Positions 15,529 to 28,207 of a stretch of 64,000 nt of DNA are shown here, one piece after another (positions within the stretch are counted from its first letter, which is position 1; every line of letters begins with the position of its first letter). Made by a program: the position numbers and the translations under genes. The DNA comes from Eledone cirrhosa. Its lineage: Eukaryota. The DNA is taken from assembly GCA_964016885.1 (NCBI GenBank), contig OZ024747.1:87172001-87236000 (forward strand), given 5' to 3'. Under the pieces are notes generated by a model. The model saw only the letters and a list, made by a program, of their open reading frames with translations, ran no database searches and was not told where the DNA came from.

Positions 15529-15755
15529 CTTGACCGACCAGTCTGCCGGGCGTCAATTGGCGCCGCTGGTCACAGCACGTCGTGCTGTTTTAGCCATAAG
15601 ATAACGCCATTCCACTGGGTGGGCGGGCAGGCCGGTACTCATTTCTACAGCTGAGTAAACTGGAGCAACGTGAAATAAAGTCTTGCTCAAGGAAACAACA
15701 CATCACTCGGTCCGAGAATTGAACTCACAACCTTTCGATTGCAAGCCATGGGCCT
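15525..15755 (-). mobile_element. tRNA-derived SINE, family A (CORE/Meta-like body)
   Basis: Minus strand has a B-box-like gagttcaattctc followed by ccttgagcaagactttatttcacgttgctccagtttactcagctgtagaaatgagt, shared with 20738-21068. Confidence 0.7.
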
Positions 15756-15850
15756 TCACTATATATATATATATATATATATCCTGACACATACATACAA
15801 ACTACTGACCAAATAATTTTCAGTATCAATTAGTGGTTAAGGTGATATAT

Positions 15851-15955
15851 AGTCCTGTAGAAGCCTTTCTATATTAAATATTTATACTCTGCTTTGTATT
15901 GAGTACCTTACTTACTGTGGTTACCCCCCCCCCCCGATTGAACCCGGGATAAACT
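15851..15955 (+). repeat. pLTR-like dispersed repeat; copies at 50887-50995 (+), 48419-48470 (-) and 55543-55580 (+)
   Basis: Copies share tagtcctgtagaagcc(a)tttctatattaaata...gtattgagtaccttacttactgtggttac and always sit near (TA)n. Confidence 0.7.
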
Positions 15956-16079
15956 TATATACATATATACGCAATGTCAATTAGATCCCTAGAGACTTTT
16001 GTACAAGTTGAAAACATGTTATGTATACATACATATAAATCTGTATATACAAATGTACATGCACACATATACACGTACT

Positions 16080-16128
<49 letters not shown>

Positions 16129-16538
16129 TATATTTGAGTGAGCGTGAAAGACCAAAGGTCATTATTGAAAGTCTCTGGATTTCGCAAAATATTTTATACT
16201 TTTACTGGAGAAGGTAAGATATTTTCCCGCAAAAGTTTGATTGCACTGTTTTGTTTCCACTTATGTATTTTTGGAAAATGTAATTTATTCGTTATAAAAA
16301 TTAAATGATAGCATTCTATATGTAGGTGAGCCCCCTTTATCTTTGCGATTTGGAAGCTAGAATCTCTTCAAGCGTTCACAACCCTCAGTCAATCGTGGAC
16401 TACGATCGGTGGAAACTCCACTTTGGCGTTCTATAGAGGGTTAATGATGGATAAAAGTGATGACGTTCTCGGGGAAACTCTGGGCGTCGACGAAAATTAA
16501 TTAGCCATTCACTTCCGCGGTAAATTTCTGGTTTGGTA

Positions 16539-16672
16539 GTGCTACCGAGGAGTGTTTACAGAAATCCCCGGTCTGGCTGTGCTACCGAGGAGTGTTTACA
16601 GAAATCCCCGGTCTGGCTGTGCTACCGAGGAGTGTTTACAGAAATCCCCGGTCTGGCTGTGCTACCGAGGAG
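16539..16672. repeat. 40-bp tandem repeat, 3.3 identical copies
   Basis: gtgctaccgaggagtgtttacagaaatccccggtctggct three times plus a partial copy. Confidence 0.95.
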
Positions 16673-17472
16673 CGTTGCCAGTCCGAGGTAAACTCTACAG
16701 ACAGTGAAATGCCGTCAGGTGGCCATGTCCGAAATGCGCGTAGTGCGACAAAACCGTCGAACACGCACTCGTCCAGTGTCCGAGTATCGCTGGCTTGTGG
16801 GTTTATGTCGAACACCTGCTGCCACGCGAGGGGCGGATCTGACTGTCAACTGAGTGCATCGTCCAAATCGCTCCACCGCTCTTCCTTAGCCAGGAAGGGC
16901 AGGCTGCTTTTGTCAGTCTGATGGCCATAGTGAAAGTATCACACATTTCCAACCATTATTTTCTCTATATTCGAAGTGCAGAGCTTTTCTATCGCTAATT
17001 CCAAACTGTTTGAAATTTAACCGCTTAATTATTTGATTGGTTCTATATATTGGGCCTACGTATTCCTACACTTTGGAAACCACGTGACGACAGTGGCAAG
17101 CAAGAAGTGCTACTGCGTCACTGGTAGACTCTTGCGATAGAACGAGAAGGATCGCTCCCGTTGACGAAATTCTGTGTTGATCTTGGCCACGTCCAATCCT
17201 TCCAGACAACTCTGGATTTAATGCGTGGCTTCTGTGTACTGGGTGCAATTATTGCACCGCAGTGCACAGGATACGGAGTAGAAACCAACGATTTCGTTTG
17301 GTCCGGGCTAAACTGTTTACATCCGCACATAATCCTGAACTTACCACTAATAACTAAATGTGTCCCTCTGAATCATGAAGTGGCGCTTCGGAAGTGCAAG
17401 TCCCGTGAATTCATTGAGCGAGTAGGAAAGTTCAACGTACTAGCGCAAACACAATTTGTCTAGTACGATACA

Positions 17473-17524
<52 letters not shown>

Positions 17525-17669
17525 TACACACTCGTGTTGGGTGCTTTTTGTCTTGTCACCTACACAACCACATTAGTGTGGACTGGACATGTTTTGTCTT
17601 GTCGCCGACACGACCACTTTACAGTGTGGACTGGGTATATATATATATATATACATATATAGTGCTAAT

Positions 17670-18030
17670 GTTGTGCTGGTGTCATCATAAAAAGTACCCA
17701 GTCCACACTGTGTGGCGGTAGTGCTGGTGCTTTGATAAAAAGTACCCAGTCCACACTGTGTGGCGGTAGTGCTGGTGCCTTGATAAACAGTACCCAGTCC
17801 ACATTGTATGGTGGTAGTACTAGTGCTACAACAAAAGTACACAATCCAATGTGTATGATGGTAGTGCTGGAGTCACACTAAGATGTTTCCAATACACACT
17901 GTAAAGAGGTTGGAGTTAGGAAGGGCATCCCAAGCAAACAATGGAGTGTAGGAACAAGACATAGTCACCTGACTAGTTAAGCCAGTGTGTGACAACCCGT
18001 CTAATGCGAACAAGGCTGATGATAATGTTG
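17670..18030 (+). mobile_element. Short non-autonomous RTE-derived element with internal ~47-bp tandem repeats
   Basis: Repeats of aaaagtacccagtccacactgtgtggcggtagtgctggtg, then gttaggaagggcatcc (also at the RTE 5' end near 24305-24322) and an aacccgtctaa...gatgat tail. A similar copy lies at 27360-27610. Confidence 0.6.
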
Positions 18031-18144
18031 AAGAAGGATACCAAGATCAAAGTGTACAGAAATTACTCCTGCCATCTTTGTGTACACCCTCTTCTATATG
18101 TGTGTGTGTGTGTGTGCTTATACACACATACATACACTTCCAAT

Positions 18145-18214
<70 letters not shown>

Positions 18215-18614
18215 TTAAATTAAAATGTCTCTGGTGTGTGTGTTCTACTTGTGGACTCCCAGATAGAGTAAGATATCTCTCATCTGTGTAATATAGGCAT
18301 TAATTTTTTTTTAAACTTGAGATTAGCTGGTATTATCCTTGTAATTTGTCTGGATAAATTCCCCTTTCCAACAGTATTATAAACACATAATACAAAGAAA
18401 AAGGGAAATAACACGAAGTAAATCAAATAATTTATTATACTGGAGTTGTCTTTCTTGCTTTCTATATCAACCATGAAGTTATTTGTCACTAATATACTTG
18501 AACATACCAATGAAAAGATAATCATCAAATCAGAGAAGCATTTAAACATAGGTTAACTAACGCCAAAATACTCATTGATGGGAATACAATCTAGACAAAC
18601 TAGTGTTAGGAAGT

Positions 18615-19905
18615 TCTGCTCGCATCGTCTGCTCCTTACAAAGCTTGGCCACTTCTTGCTCTTTATGTGTCTGTTCCTTCCTGTCCTGAAACCTCAAATG
18701 GCTTTTGAGTCCTGAAAGCCTGTGAAACAATGATCCTCAAATAATACAATGATGTCTCATTTCGTTCTTGTTTCTACTTTGAGTTTGGTTATTGTGCATG
18801 TTCATATGTCACTCCAATCCATCACCTTATTTGTTAATTTTCTGACAAACATGGCACTAGAACCGATTCTTTTCAACAGATTTTGAATAGTCAACCTGGA
18901 CTTCACCATCATATGCTTGCTGGTGTGACTTCAAGTCAGCATTTGAAACACATAACTTAGGGCACACAGGGCATTTGAAAACCAACACTGATTCTTCATT
19001 ATAGTAATAATGGTGATCTCATTCTTCCGCACTTTTCTTTTCAGTTCTACATGTTATACCTTCTCCATTTCAAATGCTTTAACTCCATTCTAAAAAGCAT
19101 TTCTCCAGGCCATTCTATCTACTGCACGATTCAAGATCTTTGTAGGATATTTTAAGTTCGCTTTTAGAGAGTCTCTGTAACTCCTCCTTGGTTTACTATT
19201 TAACCTTTTGCCCAGCCTGAGTTCACCATAAATCATTTTCTTGGGGATACGTCTGTCACCCATATGGATCATGTGACCTGTCCATCTTAACTGATTCCTA
19301 ATAAGTATAGCTTGAATAGATGTAACCTTTGCCCTAACAATAATCTCAGTATCTGGAACAAATGTGTTCCAGCTTATTTTGAGTATATGCCGGAGGCATT
19401 TGTGATGAAACTGCTCCAACATTTTAACATGTCGTGTGTACAGCATCCATGTCTCGGATGAATACAATAGTTCAGAGGGTACAAATGAAATGTATACCGC
19501 AATCTTAGTCTCCAGTTTAATGTGATGTTGTGACCAGACTTTAATTTCTAGTCCACAACAGGCTTTTGCTGCCTTTTGTTTGAGTTGTGATTTCAGTATC
19601 CAATTTGCCATCAGCTTGCATCCTACTGCCAAGGTATTCAAAGGGGGTCACTACCCTTAGCATTGTGTCCTTAATGAGGTTTCAATGTGCAGTTGTCTGC
19701 TCACCAGGAGCAGGTTGATGCATTACAACAGTCTTTTTCAAATTAATTATAAGTCCGAATACACCACAAGCAGCGTTGAAACCACTAATCAGGCTTTACA
19801 AGCCCTCCTCAGTATAACTTATTAGGTTGCAGTCATCTGCATATAGAAGGTCACGGATCAAAGAGGTAAAGATTTTCGAATTGAATCTCATCCTAGTCAA
19901 ATTGA
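18615..19905 (-). mobile_element. RTE (BovB-like) LINE 3' portion, decayed, ending in three C2H2 zinc-finger motifs
   Basis: LIRDLLYADDC (RT); TKIAVY...LLYSSETW...LEQFHHKCLRHILKISW; QLRWTGH...RRIPKKMIYGEL. Then FKCPVCPK..LKSH, CHVCQK..HMNMH and HCII*..GLKSHLR. Confidence 0.88.
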
Positions 19906-20051
19906 ACATATTACCTAAAGAGAGATATTGGATAAAGACTCTAGCTGTTGATGTTGCAAAGGCATTTGTGTTTGTATATATCATATATATATATATATAT
20001 ATATTTATTGATTTACCTGCCTTGAGTTCAGTTCAAACCAAACAAGAGAAA

Positions 20052-20241
20052 AATAATTGTTTCTACTTTAGGCACAAGGCCAGCAATTACCCAGTGCATT
20101 ACTGGTACTTTATTTTATCGACCCCGTAAGGATGAAAGGCAAAGTCAACCTCGGTAGGATTTGAACTCAGATCGTAAAGGGACGTAACTATGCTGGAAAG
20201 CATGGCGTCCGACCCTCTACCTATACTGCCAATCCACCACC
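20052..20241 (-). mobile_element. tRNA-derived SINE, family B (Nin-domain-like)
   Basis: Minus strand has gagttcaaatcc (B box) and gaggttgactttgcctttcatccttacggggtcgataaaat. Confidence 0.8.
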
Positions 20242-20737
20242 ATAAAGAAAAATAATAGTATTTTTTAAACATCAAATGGCTAAGCAGGTCCACCAGAGCA
20301 AAGAAGAAATCAAAGGGGTTCATAGGCAAATAGAGGTTGAGAAATACTGATTTAACTCAATAGAATTTTCTAGTAAATCAATTGAATCCTAACCTGTTGG
20401 ACAACCCCTCTCCACACTTCCACCCTCACCACCCAACCTTTATAAAGATCATATATATTAGAAGAGATTTGGGGAGAAAATTCATTCATGTTTTAGCTGC
20501 CCACAGAATATGAGAAAAACATTCTAATATTTGATATGATTGACATAGCAATCGAAACTAATAATATTTGAGAAAACTTAAATTCACTTGATATAACAAT
20601 TATAAAAATATTCATTCTATTGGATTAACGAAAAACAAAGAATCTTTAAATATATCTCTGAAATTTTTCACTTTTACTTTTTATCTATAATCTTCAATTT
20701 GTATGGAACTTTATCCTCCTTTTCAAATACATATATA

Positions 20738-21068
20738 TTAGTGGTTAGAGCATTGGGCTTACAATCATAAGGTTTTGAGTTTGATTCTTAGACCGGGCTC
20801 TGCATTGTGCTCTCCAGCAAGACACTTTATTTCACGTTGCTCCAGTTCACTCAGCTGTAGAAATGAGTTGGGACACCACTGGTGTCAAGCTATATTGGCC
20901 ATTGCCTTTCCCTTGGATAACATCGGTGCTGTGGAGGGGAGTGACTGGTATACATGGGTGACTGCTGGTCTTCCAAAAACAACCTAGCCTGGACTTGTGC
21001 CTCAGAGGGGAGGGGAACTTTCTAGGTACAAATCCCATGGTCATTCGTGACCAAAGGGGTTCTCTACC
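20738..21068 (+). mobile_element. tRNA-derived SINE, family A, near full length
   Basis: A box tagtggttagagc, B-box-like gagtttgattct and the conserved body. The 3' part is repeated at 49439-49505. Confidence 0.75.
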
Positions 21069-21076
21069 TTATATAT

Positions 21077-24000
21077 ATCATCATCATCATCATTTTATGT
21101 CCACTTTTCCCTGCTTGCAAGGGTTGGACGGGTCCTATTCAGCACAGCATCTCTCCACTTGTCACAGTCCTTCGTCATCTCCTTGGTGAGTTTCAGCGAT
21201 CTGAGGTCTGCTCTCACCACCTCCGCCTATGTTTTTCGTGGTCTACCTCTACTGCGTCTTCCCTCCACTGGGACTTCCTGGCACTTCTTCATCCAGAAGT
21301 CATCCTCCATGCGCATCACATATCCATACCATCTCAGCCTTCTCTCCTGTACACCACAACTTATCCCTCTTATACCCAGTTTCTTTCTCAACTTGTCTAT
21401 GCTTGGTCATTCACGCACATTGACATTGCACATCCAACAGAGCATACTTGCTTCATTTCTCTCCAGCCATCGCATATCTTCTGCAGTTGCTTCCCATGTC
21501 TCACTACCATGCAGCATCATGCATCTCACACAGGCATCATATAACCGGCCTTTCGTATGCAAGGAGAAACCCTTCTTTGTCAACAGAGGAAGCAGCTCCC
21601 TAAACTTCTTCCAAACCGTCCTTATTCTAGATACTATGGCCTCGGAACCCCCCCCCCCTCCTCCCATGCTAATCTGATCACCTAGGTACCGGAAGCTATC
21701 AACCTCTTCTATAGAACCCACCTGCATTGGAAAAATGAGTCTATCACAGCGATTAATACTGCCAACTTTCCCTATACATCTACTGCATATGTAGTTTTCC
21801 CTACCTGTTAGTTTGCCTGCTATCCCACTACATCTCTTGTGTACCCAAGATCTGCATTGCGTACATTTTATGGAATTTATGCTAGTTCCTTTCCTACATG
21901 TCGAACATGGCCATTTCCCTGATGGAATCAGAGTATTGTCCTCTCTTCTACTTATCAACACTTTTGTTTTAGCTATGTTCACTCTCAGGCCTCTTGATTC
22001 CAACTGCTGTTTCCATAGCCAGAATTTATTCTCTAGCTCCTCTACTGATTCTGCTATAAGAACCAGATCATCAGCATAGAGAAGTTCCCATGGGCATCCA
22101 GTCTTAAACTCCTCTGTTATGGCTTGGAGGACTATAATGAACAAGAGTGGGCTGAGGACTGAACCTTGATGTACACCTACTTGTATCTGGAATTCCTCAC
22201 TAAACTCCATTCCTATTCTCACTTTACTGACAGCACCCCTGTACATAGCTTGCACTGTCCTCACAAGCCATTCCTCTACACCTAGTTTCCCTAGGGACCA
22301 CCAGATGATAGATCGGGGTACCCTATCAAAGGCCTTCTCTAGGTCAACAAAAGCTAAGTATAGTGGCTTATTCTTCTGTAAGAACCTCTCTTGTAGTTGC
22401 CTCACTAAGAAGAGAGCATCAGTTGTACTTTTCCGAGGCACAAAACCAAACTGCATCTCATCTAAATTGACCCTTTCTCTAATCAGTTGCGCTAATATTC
22501 TCTCTGCCACTTTCATAACCTGATCCATCAGCTTTATGCCACTATAATTGCTCCTCTCTAGAGAATCCCCTTTACTTTTGTAGCAATTTATGAGAATACT
22601 GCTGCACCAGTCTTTGGGTATGACACCACCATATATAGCTTGATTAATGATGCATGCAACTAGTTTAGTGCCTACTTCTCTTGATGCCTTCAGCATCTCA
22701 GCAACTATCCCCGATGGTCCAGCAGCCTTATCATTCTTCATTTCCTTAATTGACTCTTGTACCATATATTCGTCAATCTCAATAGCTGGTCCCTGTTGGG
22801 TCTACTGGGGGTAATTCCTCTCTGTCCCATTCATTCTCTACATTCATCAGTCTCTCATAATGACATTTCCAGGCCTCCTTCTTTTGATCATTCGTGACAC
22901 TAAGTACACCGGCATCATTCCGGACACATTTATCTCCAGCAACATCCTGTTTTGCACTGACACACTGCCTTGCAATGCGGAACACCGCACGTCTCTGAGC
23001 TTCCCATCGCAGAACATTGGCAAACCTCCTACTCTCAGCCACCCTGCATGCTAAGTACACCTGACGTCTAGCTTCTCTCTTAGCGGCTGTGTATCCGTCT
23101 CTACTCCCACCATTTGTCCATGCCAGTCTTTTGTCTCTAATGGCCCTATCTACCATGCTGTTCCACCACCAGGTCACTCTCTGTCTGGTTGAAGCTTTGC
23201 CCCAACCACAAGTTTCTTCAGTAGCCTGCAGTAAGTTGTCACGCAAGAAATTCCAGTTATCATCTATGTTATACAACTCTAAATCTTCTTCTTTTTCGTC
23301 GTACACATCTTGAAGGGCTTTGCTAAATTTATATTTTAATGAATGGTCTTTTAGCTTCCAGACCTTTCTTTTCCACACCTTCCTGTATGTCTCATTCTTT
23401 CTCTTGCTTACTGAGATGTCACTAACGACTAACCTATGCTGTGGAGTACATTCTTCCCCAAGGTATGCCTTAGTATTTGACACCATCGATCTGTCTCACT
23501 GTCTAACTAGCAGGAAGTAAATCAGGTTTATGTGCTCGCCTGATTTGTAGGTGGTTGGTAGGCTTCTGGAAGTTAGTGTTGCAAATGATTAGTGCATTTG
23601 CATCACAAAATTCAAGAAGCCTCACTCCTTCTTCATTTCTTGGGCCATAAACGTGCCCACCATGTACCCCAGTGTATCCATCCTGGAGCTGTCCAACATG
23701 TCCATTGAAGTCCCCTGCTAGCATAACGATGTCTCTGTCCTCTATCATTGAGGCTGTCTGTAAAAGTTGCTCGTAAAAGCAGTCTTTCTCTTCTTTACCT
23801 AGGCCTGCCTGGGGAGCATAGGCAGAGATGATTGTCAGTAGCCTCTTGCCTACAACTAACCTAAGCTTAATTATTCTATTACTAACTCTAACTACCTCTA
23901 TTGTCTTATTGATCCATCTCTCAGCCAGTAATATACCTACCCCACCTAACCCATCATCATTACCCACCCAGAAAAGCTTATAACTACCCTGTTTGCCTGC

Positions 24001-24322
24001 AATTAGTCTTGCAGAGGCACCTCTCCATCTCACCTCTTGCACACATCCATATGCTTTCTCTCCATCATCTCCGCTATCTCACCAGATCTACCTGTTAGAG
24101 TGCCAACATTGTGTGGCAACTCTGACATACGACGTCCCGTTCTTTTTCCTGTTGTGCAATTGCTTGATGACGGTTGGGGGGTTTTCGCACATGGCCACAC
24201 CAGCCACCCCACTACCGTGCGCAGCCCTAACATGGTTAGTGTTATTGCTGTTGTTGCAATTCTTATTTGTTGTGCTCATAATTTTGACATTTATTATACT
24301 GGTTGGATGCCCTTCCTAACAC
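21077..24322 (-). mobile_element. Near-full-length RTE-clade LINE (AP endonuclease + RT), with frameshifts
   Basis: Endonuclease motifs QEVRW, SAYAPQ and GDFNGHVG (23503-24042). RT motifs AFVDLEKAFDRV, GVHQGSVLSPLLF and LLYADDLVL (21407-22765). (GAT)n 3' tail at 21077-21093. Confidence 0.95.
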
Positions 24323-25247
24323 AGTTTAGCTTGGGTACACATGTCAGTGAAATACTCAACCACTTATATATACTTACATATATACTACATATACTTAAAT
24401 ATATCAAACATTAACAGGAGAAAATTTGTAAAAGGATGTAAAAACATATATAATTCCAAAAGGCAGCATATTTAAATTGTAAATACTTGAATTTCAGTAA
24501 TTATTCATATCCTCTCATACATAAGTTTCACCAATTACAAGAGATTTCCTTACAGGTGATATGACGCTTGTCTAAAAATTTGTTTTAGACATGACATCCT
24601 TATTATTGTTAGTAATATAAATGTGATCCTAAATATGTTTTTAGTAGAGCTTATAAGGTTGAAAGAGTTTATCTTGGGTACACATGTCTGTGAAATACTC
24701 AACCACTTATATGTACAGTTGATCAAACAACTGATGACTCGTGGTCAAAATCAATGGTGGATCTATGATAAAGTAACAAGGAACTTTGAATGAGAAATGT
24801 CACACCCCCCCCCCCCCCCCCCACACACACACACAGTGATTTATTGACAAGTAGATTTATTGATACAATTTATATTTTTATTGAGAGTTCAACAAATTTT
24901 TATTTTATTTTTTACTTTACATATAACTGACCCCAAAATGTTTCACTTCTTTAATCAGGATAAACTTTACTTCACTTTAATTGTAGTCTCACTTGTGTTT
25001 TCCTCTCTCTAATATTTTTCTCTCTATAAGTTGATAGATTGAATAAAATGAACAAAATGCTTTGTGTTATTTAGTTATGTCTCTCTACATTCAGTGTTTG
25101 AATCTCACTCTGGGGCTGATAAAGTAAACTGGATTGGTTTTAATTGACTGAATCCATCTCCAAAATGTGTGTCATTGCGTTAAAAATCAATATTTTACTG
25201 TCTCAAAGTTTTGAGCTTAAATATATCTTATAATACTTTCTTGAAAT

Positions 25248-25982
25248 TTAATTTACAGCTGCATATATTTTATTTTCTATTAGGACTTTCTTGGTTAGAA
25301 CTCTTTGTATATTCTCTGTTTCATCTATATCAGGAGTTAGCATGCTTTCACTATCTATGCTTACACAGCTTTTTTTATCTAGTGTAGAAATAAAATCATT
25401 TTTAAACTCAAGGTCACAATCGTAAAGAAACAAAGCTTTCTGAGGATGTCTTTTACAATAGCCAATATATCCACAGTCTTTTAAAGTTGACATTTTTGGT
25501 AGTGTTTGTTTATTTTTTCTAAACTTGTTAATTGGAAGAAAAACATGAATAGAATCAGATACTATTTCCGTGTATTTTTGTATGATGTCCAAAATAGTCA
25601 TGATTAGTGTGCTGCTGGGTAACAACACAGTAAAATGTAAAGCAGGTGTTTCAATGTAATCGTAAGTTACAAAACACAAACGGAGTTCGACATACCGACT
25701 CTCTTTAATATTTTCTAAATTCCAAAGTTGTCTGATTGCAGAAATTTTCCTATGTCCTTTGGTATCTTTCATAAAATATAACAAAACAATTTCTCGAAAA
25801 GTGCGTTTTTTCTTAGATCTTTGTGATGGACTTTTATATCCACATGGACATGTTATGACGTCTTCAATAAATCCCAATTTAGCGTATATATCATCCAATG
25901 ATATGTTACCATCTATACTAGTACTTATCCAATTGGCTAGCACATACAATTGCAGCACACTGAATGGGGAAATAGCATCCAC
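25248..25982 (-). CDS. Terminal exon of an uncharacterised protein with a probable ubiquitin-like-fold C-terminal segment
   Basis: 244-codon non-repetitive open frame in very AT-rich DNA, preceded by an acceptor-like ttcttattattgacaag|GTG. The segment HFTVLLPSSTLIMTILDII...IHVF...LPKMSTLKDCG...LFLYD resembles a beta-grasp pattern (inference). Confidence 0.7.
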   Translation of the reverse strand: MDAISPFSVLQLYVLANWISTSIDGNISLDDIYAKLGFIEDVITCPCGYKSPSQRSKKKRTFREIVLLYFMKDTKGHRKISAIRQLWNLENIKESRYVELRLCFVTYDYIETPALHFTVLLPSSTLIMTILDIIQKYTEIVSDSIHVFLPINKFRKNKQTLPKMSTLKDCGYIGYCKRHPQKALFLYDCDLEFKNDFISTLDKKSCVSIDSESMLTPDIDETENIQRVLTKKVLIENKIYAAVN

Positions 25983-26391
25983 CTTGTCAATAATAAGAAA
26001 TATAAATAATAATTAGATCAGTAGTACAATAAGGATTAGATATATACATGATTTTGATTTCTTTTATTTAACATTGGAAAAGGAAGTTTGCATGGTCATT
26101 CACCATGTTAGAAACGGCAGCCAAAACTCTTTCATATCACTTCCTTTCTTTTTAAAAAGTGACATATTGTATAATACAGTCCAGAGTACAGAATTAATGA
26201 AAAAAGGATAAGATGGTTGTAGTTGTAATGCTTTAGATCAGAGGTTCTCACATTTTTTGCCCCAAATTATGACCATGTGATAACCTCAGTGCCCCCACCC
26301 CTATTTCCTGAAAGACCTGCCTACACACAAATTGTAAATGATATATAATAAATAAAAGCATTAATTTATATATAATTGAATGTCTCAGGAA

Positions 26392-26604
26392 AGAATCATT
26401 GGACAGATTTTACAGACAAAACCAACCGGCAAGGGACACATGGGTAGACTATGAACAAGATGGTTGCATAACATCTATGAGTTTGGCTGGTCTCGCTTGG
26501 GGATCTAGTTGGAGATGGTTGCTTCTGACAGGACTCACTGAAAGGAGTGTTTGAGGACTCTGCCCCCACGGCTCTCTCAGGAATAAGTGAGTGAAGAAGA
26601 AGAT
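26392..26604 (+). mobile_element. RTE-like LINE 3' end fragment (GAA-tailed family)
   Basis: Similar to 49690-49893 (caggaaagaatc...aaaaccaaccggcaag...ctcaggaataa). Confidence 0.7.
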
Positions 26605-26954
26605 GCACAGCCTAGTGGTTAGAGTGCTGGATTCATGATTGTAAATATATGAGTTTCTTCCCAGACTGCCAACACATCTTGTACCTCTATATTTGAGAAA
26701 AACTTTATTTTTAATCTTTTAATATATGTATAGAAGCATAAGGTGCCAAATTGGCAGAATTGTTAGAATGTTGAATTCATGGACTACAGTCATGAGTCCA
26801 AAACTCTAACCATTGGGCCCATGCATCTTCTAAGGTTTGTGCCAATGAAGAAAGTATTAAAAGACCCTGGCTAAGTAGTTATGTTATAGTAAGTATTCAT
26901 GGCTTTCAGATTATTGGATCATATCTTGTTGAAGATGTTAAACAATGTTCATGA

Positions 26955-27258
26955 AGGCATATGACTTAGTTGTTAGAGTGCTTGGTTCACAATAATAAAG
27001 TTGTGAGCTTCATTCCTTGTGATGCATTGTGTCTTTATTTCATATTGCTCTATTCTATTTAGCTTGTAAAATTGAGTTGTGCTTGTAATTCTAAGGACCA
27101 GCCTTATCACACACTGTTATGCTGAATCCCTCCAAGAACTATAACAAGGGCTAATGTGTCTGTTGAATGCTCTACTGCTTACACGTTAATTTCACAAGCA
27201 GGTTGTCCTATTGTTTGAACAACTGGAATGTTAGTTTTAAGAACAGATGAAACCCCAA
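26955..27258 (+). mobile_element. Decayed SINE, family A
   Basis: tagttgttagagtgc head and tttatttcatattgctct...tttagcttgtaaaattgagtt body. Confidence 0.55.
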
Positions 27259-27359
27259 CATACACACAATCTTCCCCTAGCAAAATATCTATTGTTTAAT
27301 TTAAAAATTGTGGATGTTATTGTACCCTATCACATCATTTTTTTTTTCAGATATAGTGT

Positions 27360-27610
27360 TTGTGTAGGTGTCATGACAAAAAAGCATCCAGTCCACACGG
27401 TGAAGTGTTCATGTAGGCGCCAAGGTAAAAAGACACCCAGTACTCACTGAAAATGAGGTTAGTGTTAGGAAGGGCATCCAGCTGTAGAAATTAAGCCCAA
27501 ATCAGTTCTGTATGAACAAAACATGGTCACCTGACCGGGCATTGCTCACAACAGGACAACCCATCTAACCCATGCTAGCATGGAAGAATGGACGTAAAAC
27601 AGTGATGATA
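27360..27610 (+). mobile_element. Short non-autonomous RTE-derived element
   Basis: gtgttaggaagggcatccagctgtagaaa followed by an RTE-type tail aacccatgctagcatggaagaatggacgtaaaacagtgatgat. Confidence 0.6.
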
Positions 27611-27742
27611 TTATTCAATGTGTTCTTTCAGTTTTTAAGATTGTATGGTGTGATTTAATGGAGGTTTGGCTACTATATATAGCATGTTCCGCAACCACAT
27701 AAGGTAAAAGTTCCCTCGTTAGTTTGCACAAGAAGGTTTGGT

Positions 27743-28002
27743 TTAACCTCTTAGTATTTAAACTGGCCGTATCTGGCCAGAATTCTCTCACCTCTTTCTG
27801 TTCAAACCAGCCGTAACTGGCTATTCATACTGATGTTAAGGTATTGTTCTCAAAATAAATAACATCAAAATCTCATAGATTTGATATTAAGTGAGATAAA
27901 GCCTTTATCGCGAAAACACAATATCATATATAGAGTGGTTTCTTTATTTGCCACTAGGGCACAAAAGGTAGGGACAGATGTAATGTAAATGCTAGAGGGT
28001 TA
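27743..28002 (+). mobile_element. piggyBac-type MITE (TTAA/CCCT-like ends); relatives at 37413-37597, 39370-39594 and 42745-42973
   Basis: Termini are ttaacc(c)tt(t)agcatt...aatgctaaagggttaa-like and copies share an internal tggccagaattctctcacctc. Confidence 0.65.
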
Positions 28003-28207
28003 TCAGTAATTGTAACATTGTATTGTAAGTGAATGAAGTTAATTATTCCATTTCATAGTTTGAATAGTTTTACTGTTTGTTTTAACAGAAACACTTTCAT
28101 ATGATTTCTTCCTTTCTTTAAAAAAAAAATGACATATTGTATATTATAGTCCAAAGTACAGAATTCATGAAAAAGGATAAGATGGTCATAGTTGTAATGC
28201 TTTAGAT

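Noticed and set aside
16539-16672. 40-bp repeats as a CRISPR array
   Set aside because: The repeats are contiguous with no spacers, there are no cas genes, and the context is eukaryotic.
18280-18549. Hydrophobic ORF with NSSIINYLIYF resembling GPCR TM7
   Set aside because: Only a short motif in AT-rich DNA, with no other helices or convincing splice sites; this could arise by chance.
20738-20800. tRNA gene
   Set aside because: A/B-box-like head without a cloverleaf, continuing into a repeated SINE body. All similar heads in the window were treated as SINEs.
24330-24715. ~43-bp direct repeat (24330 and 24674) as an LTR or target duplication of the RTE
   Set aside because: Both copies lie on one side of the element and resemble SINE 3' fragments.
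24729-24760. ctgatga motif as a hammerhead
   Set aside because: There is no GAAA with a paired stem II and no stem I. The same holds for ctgatga at ~44805 and ~48678.
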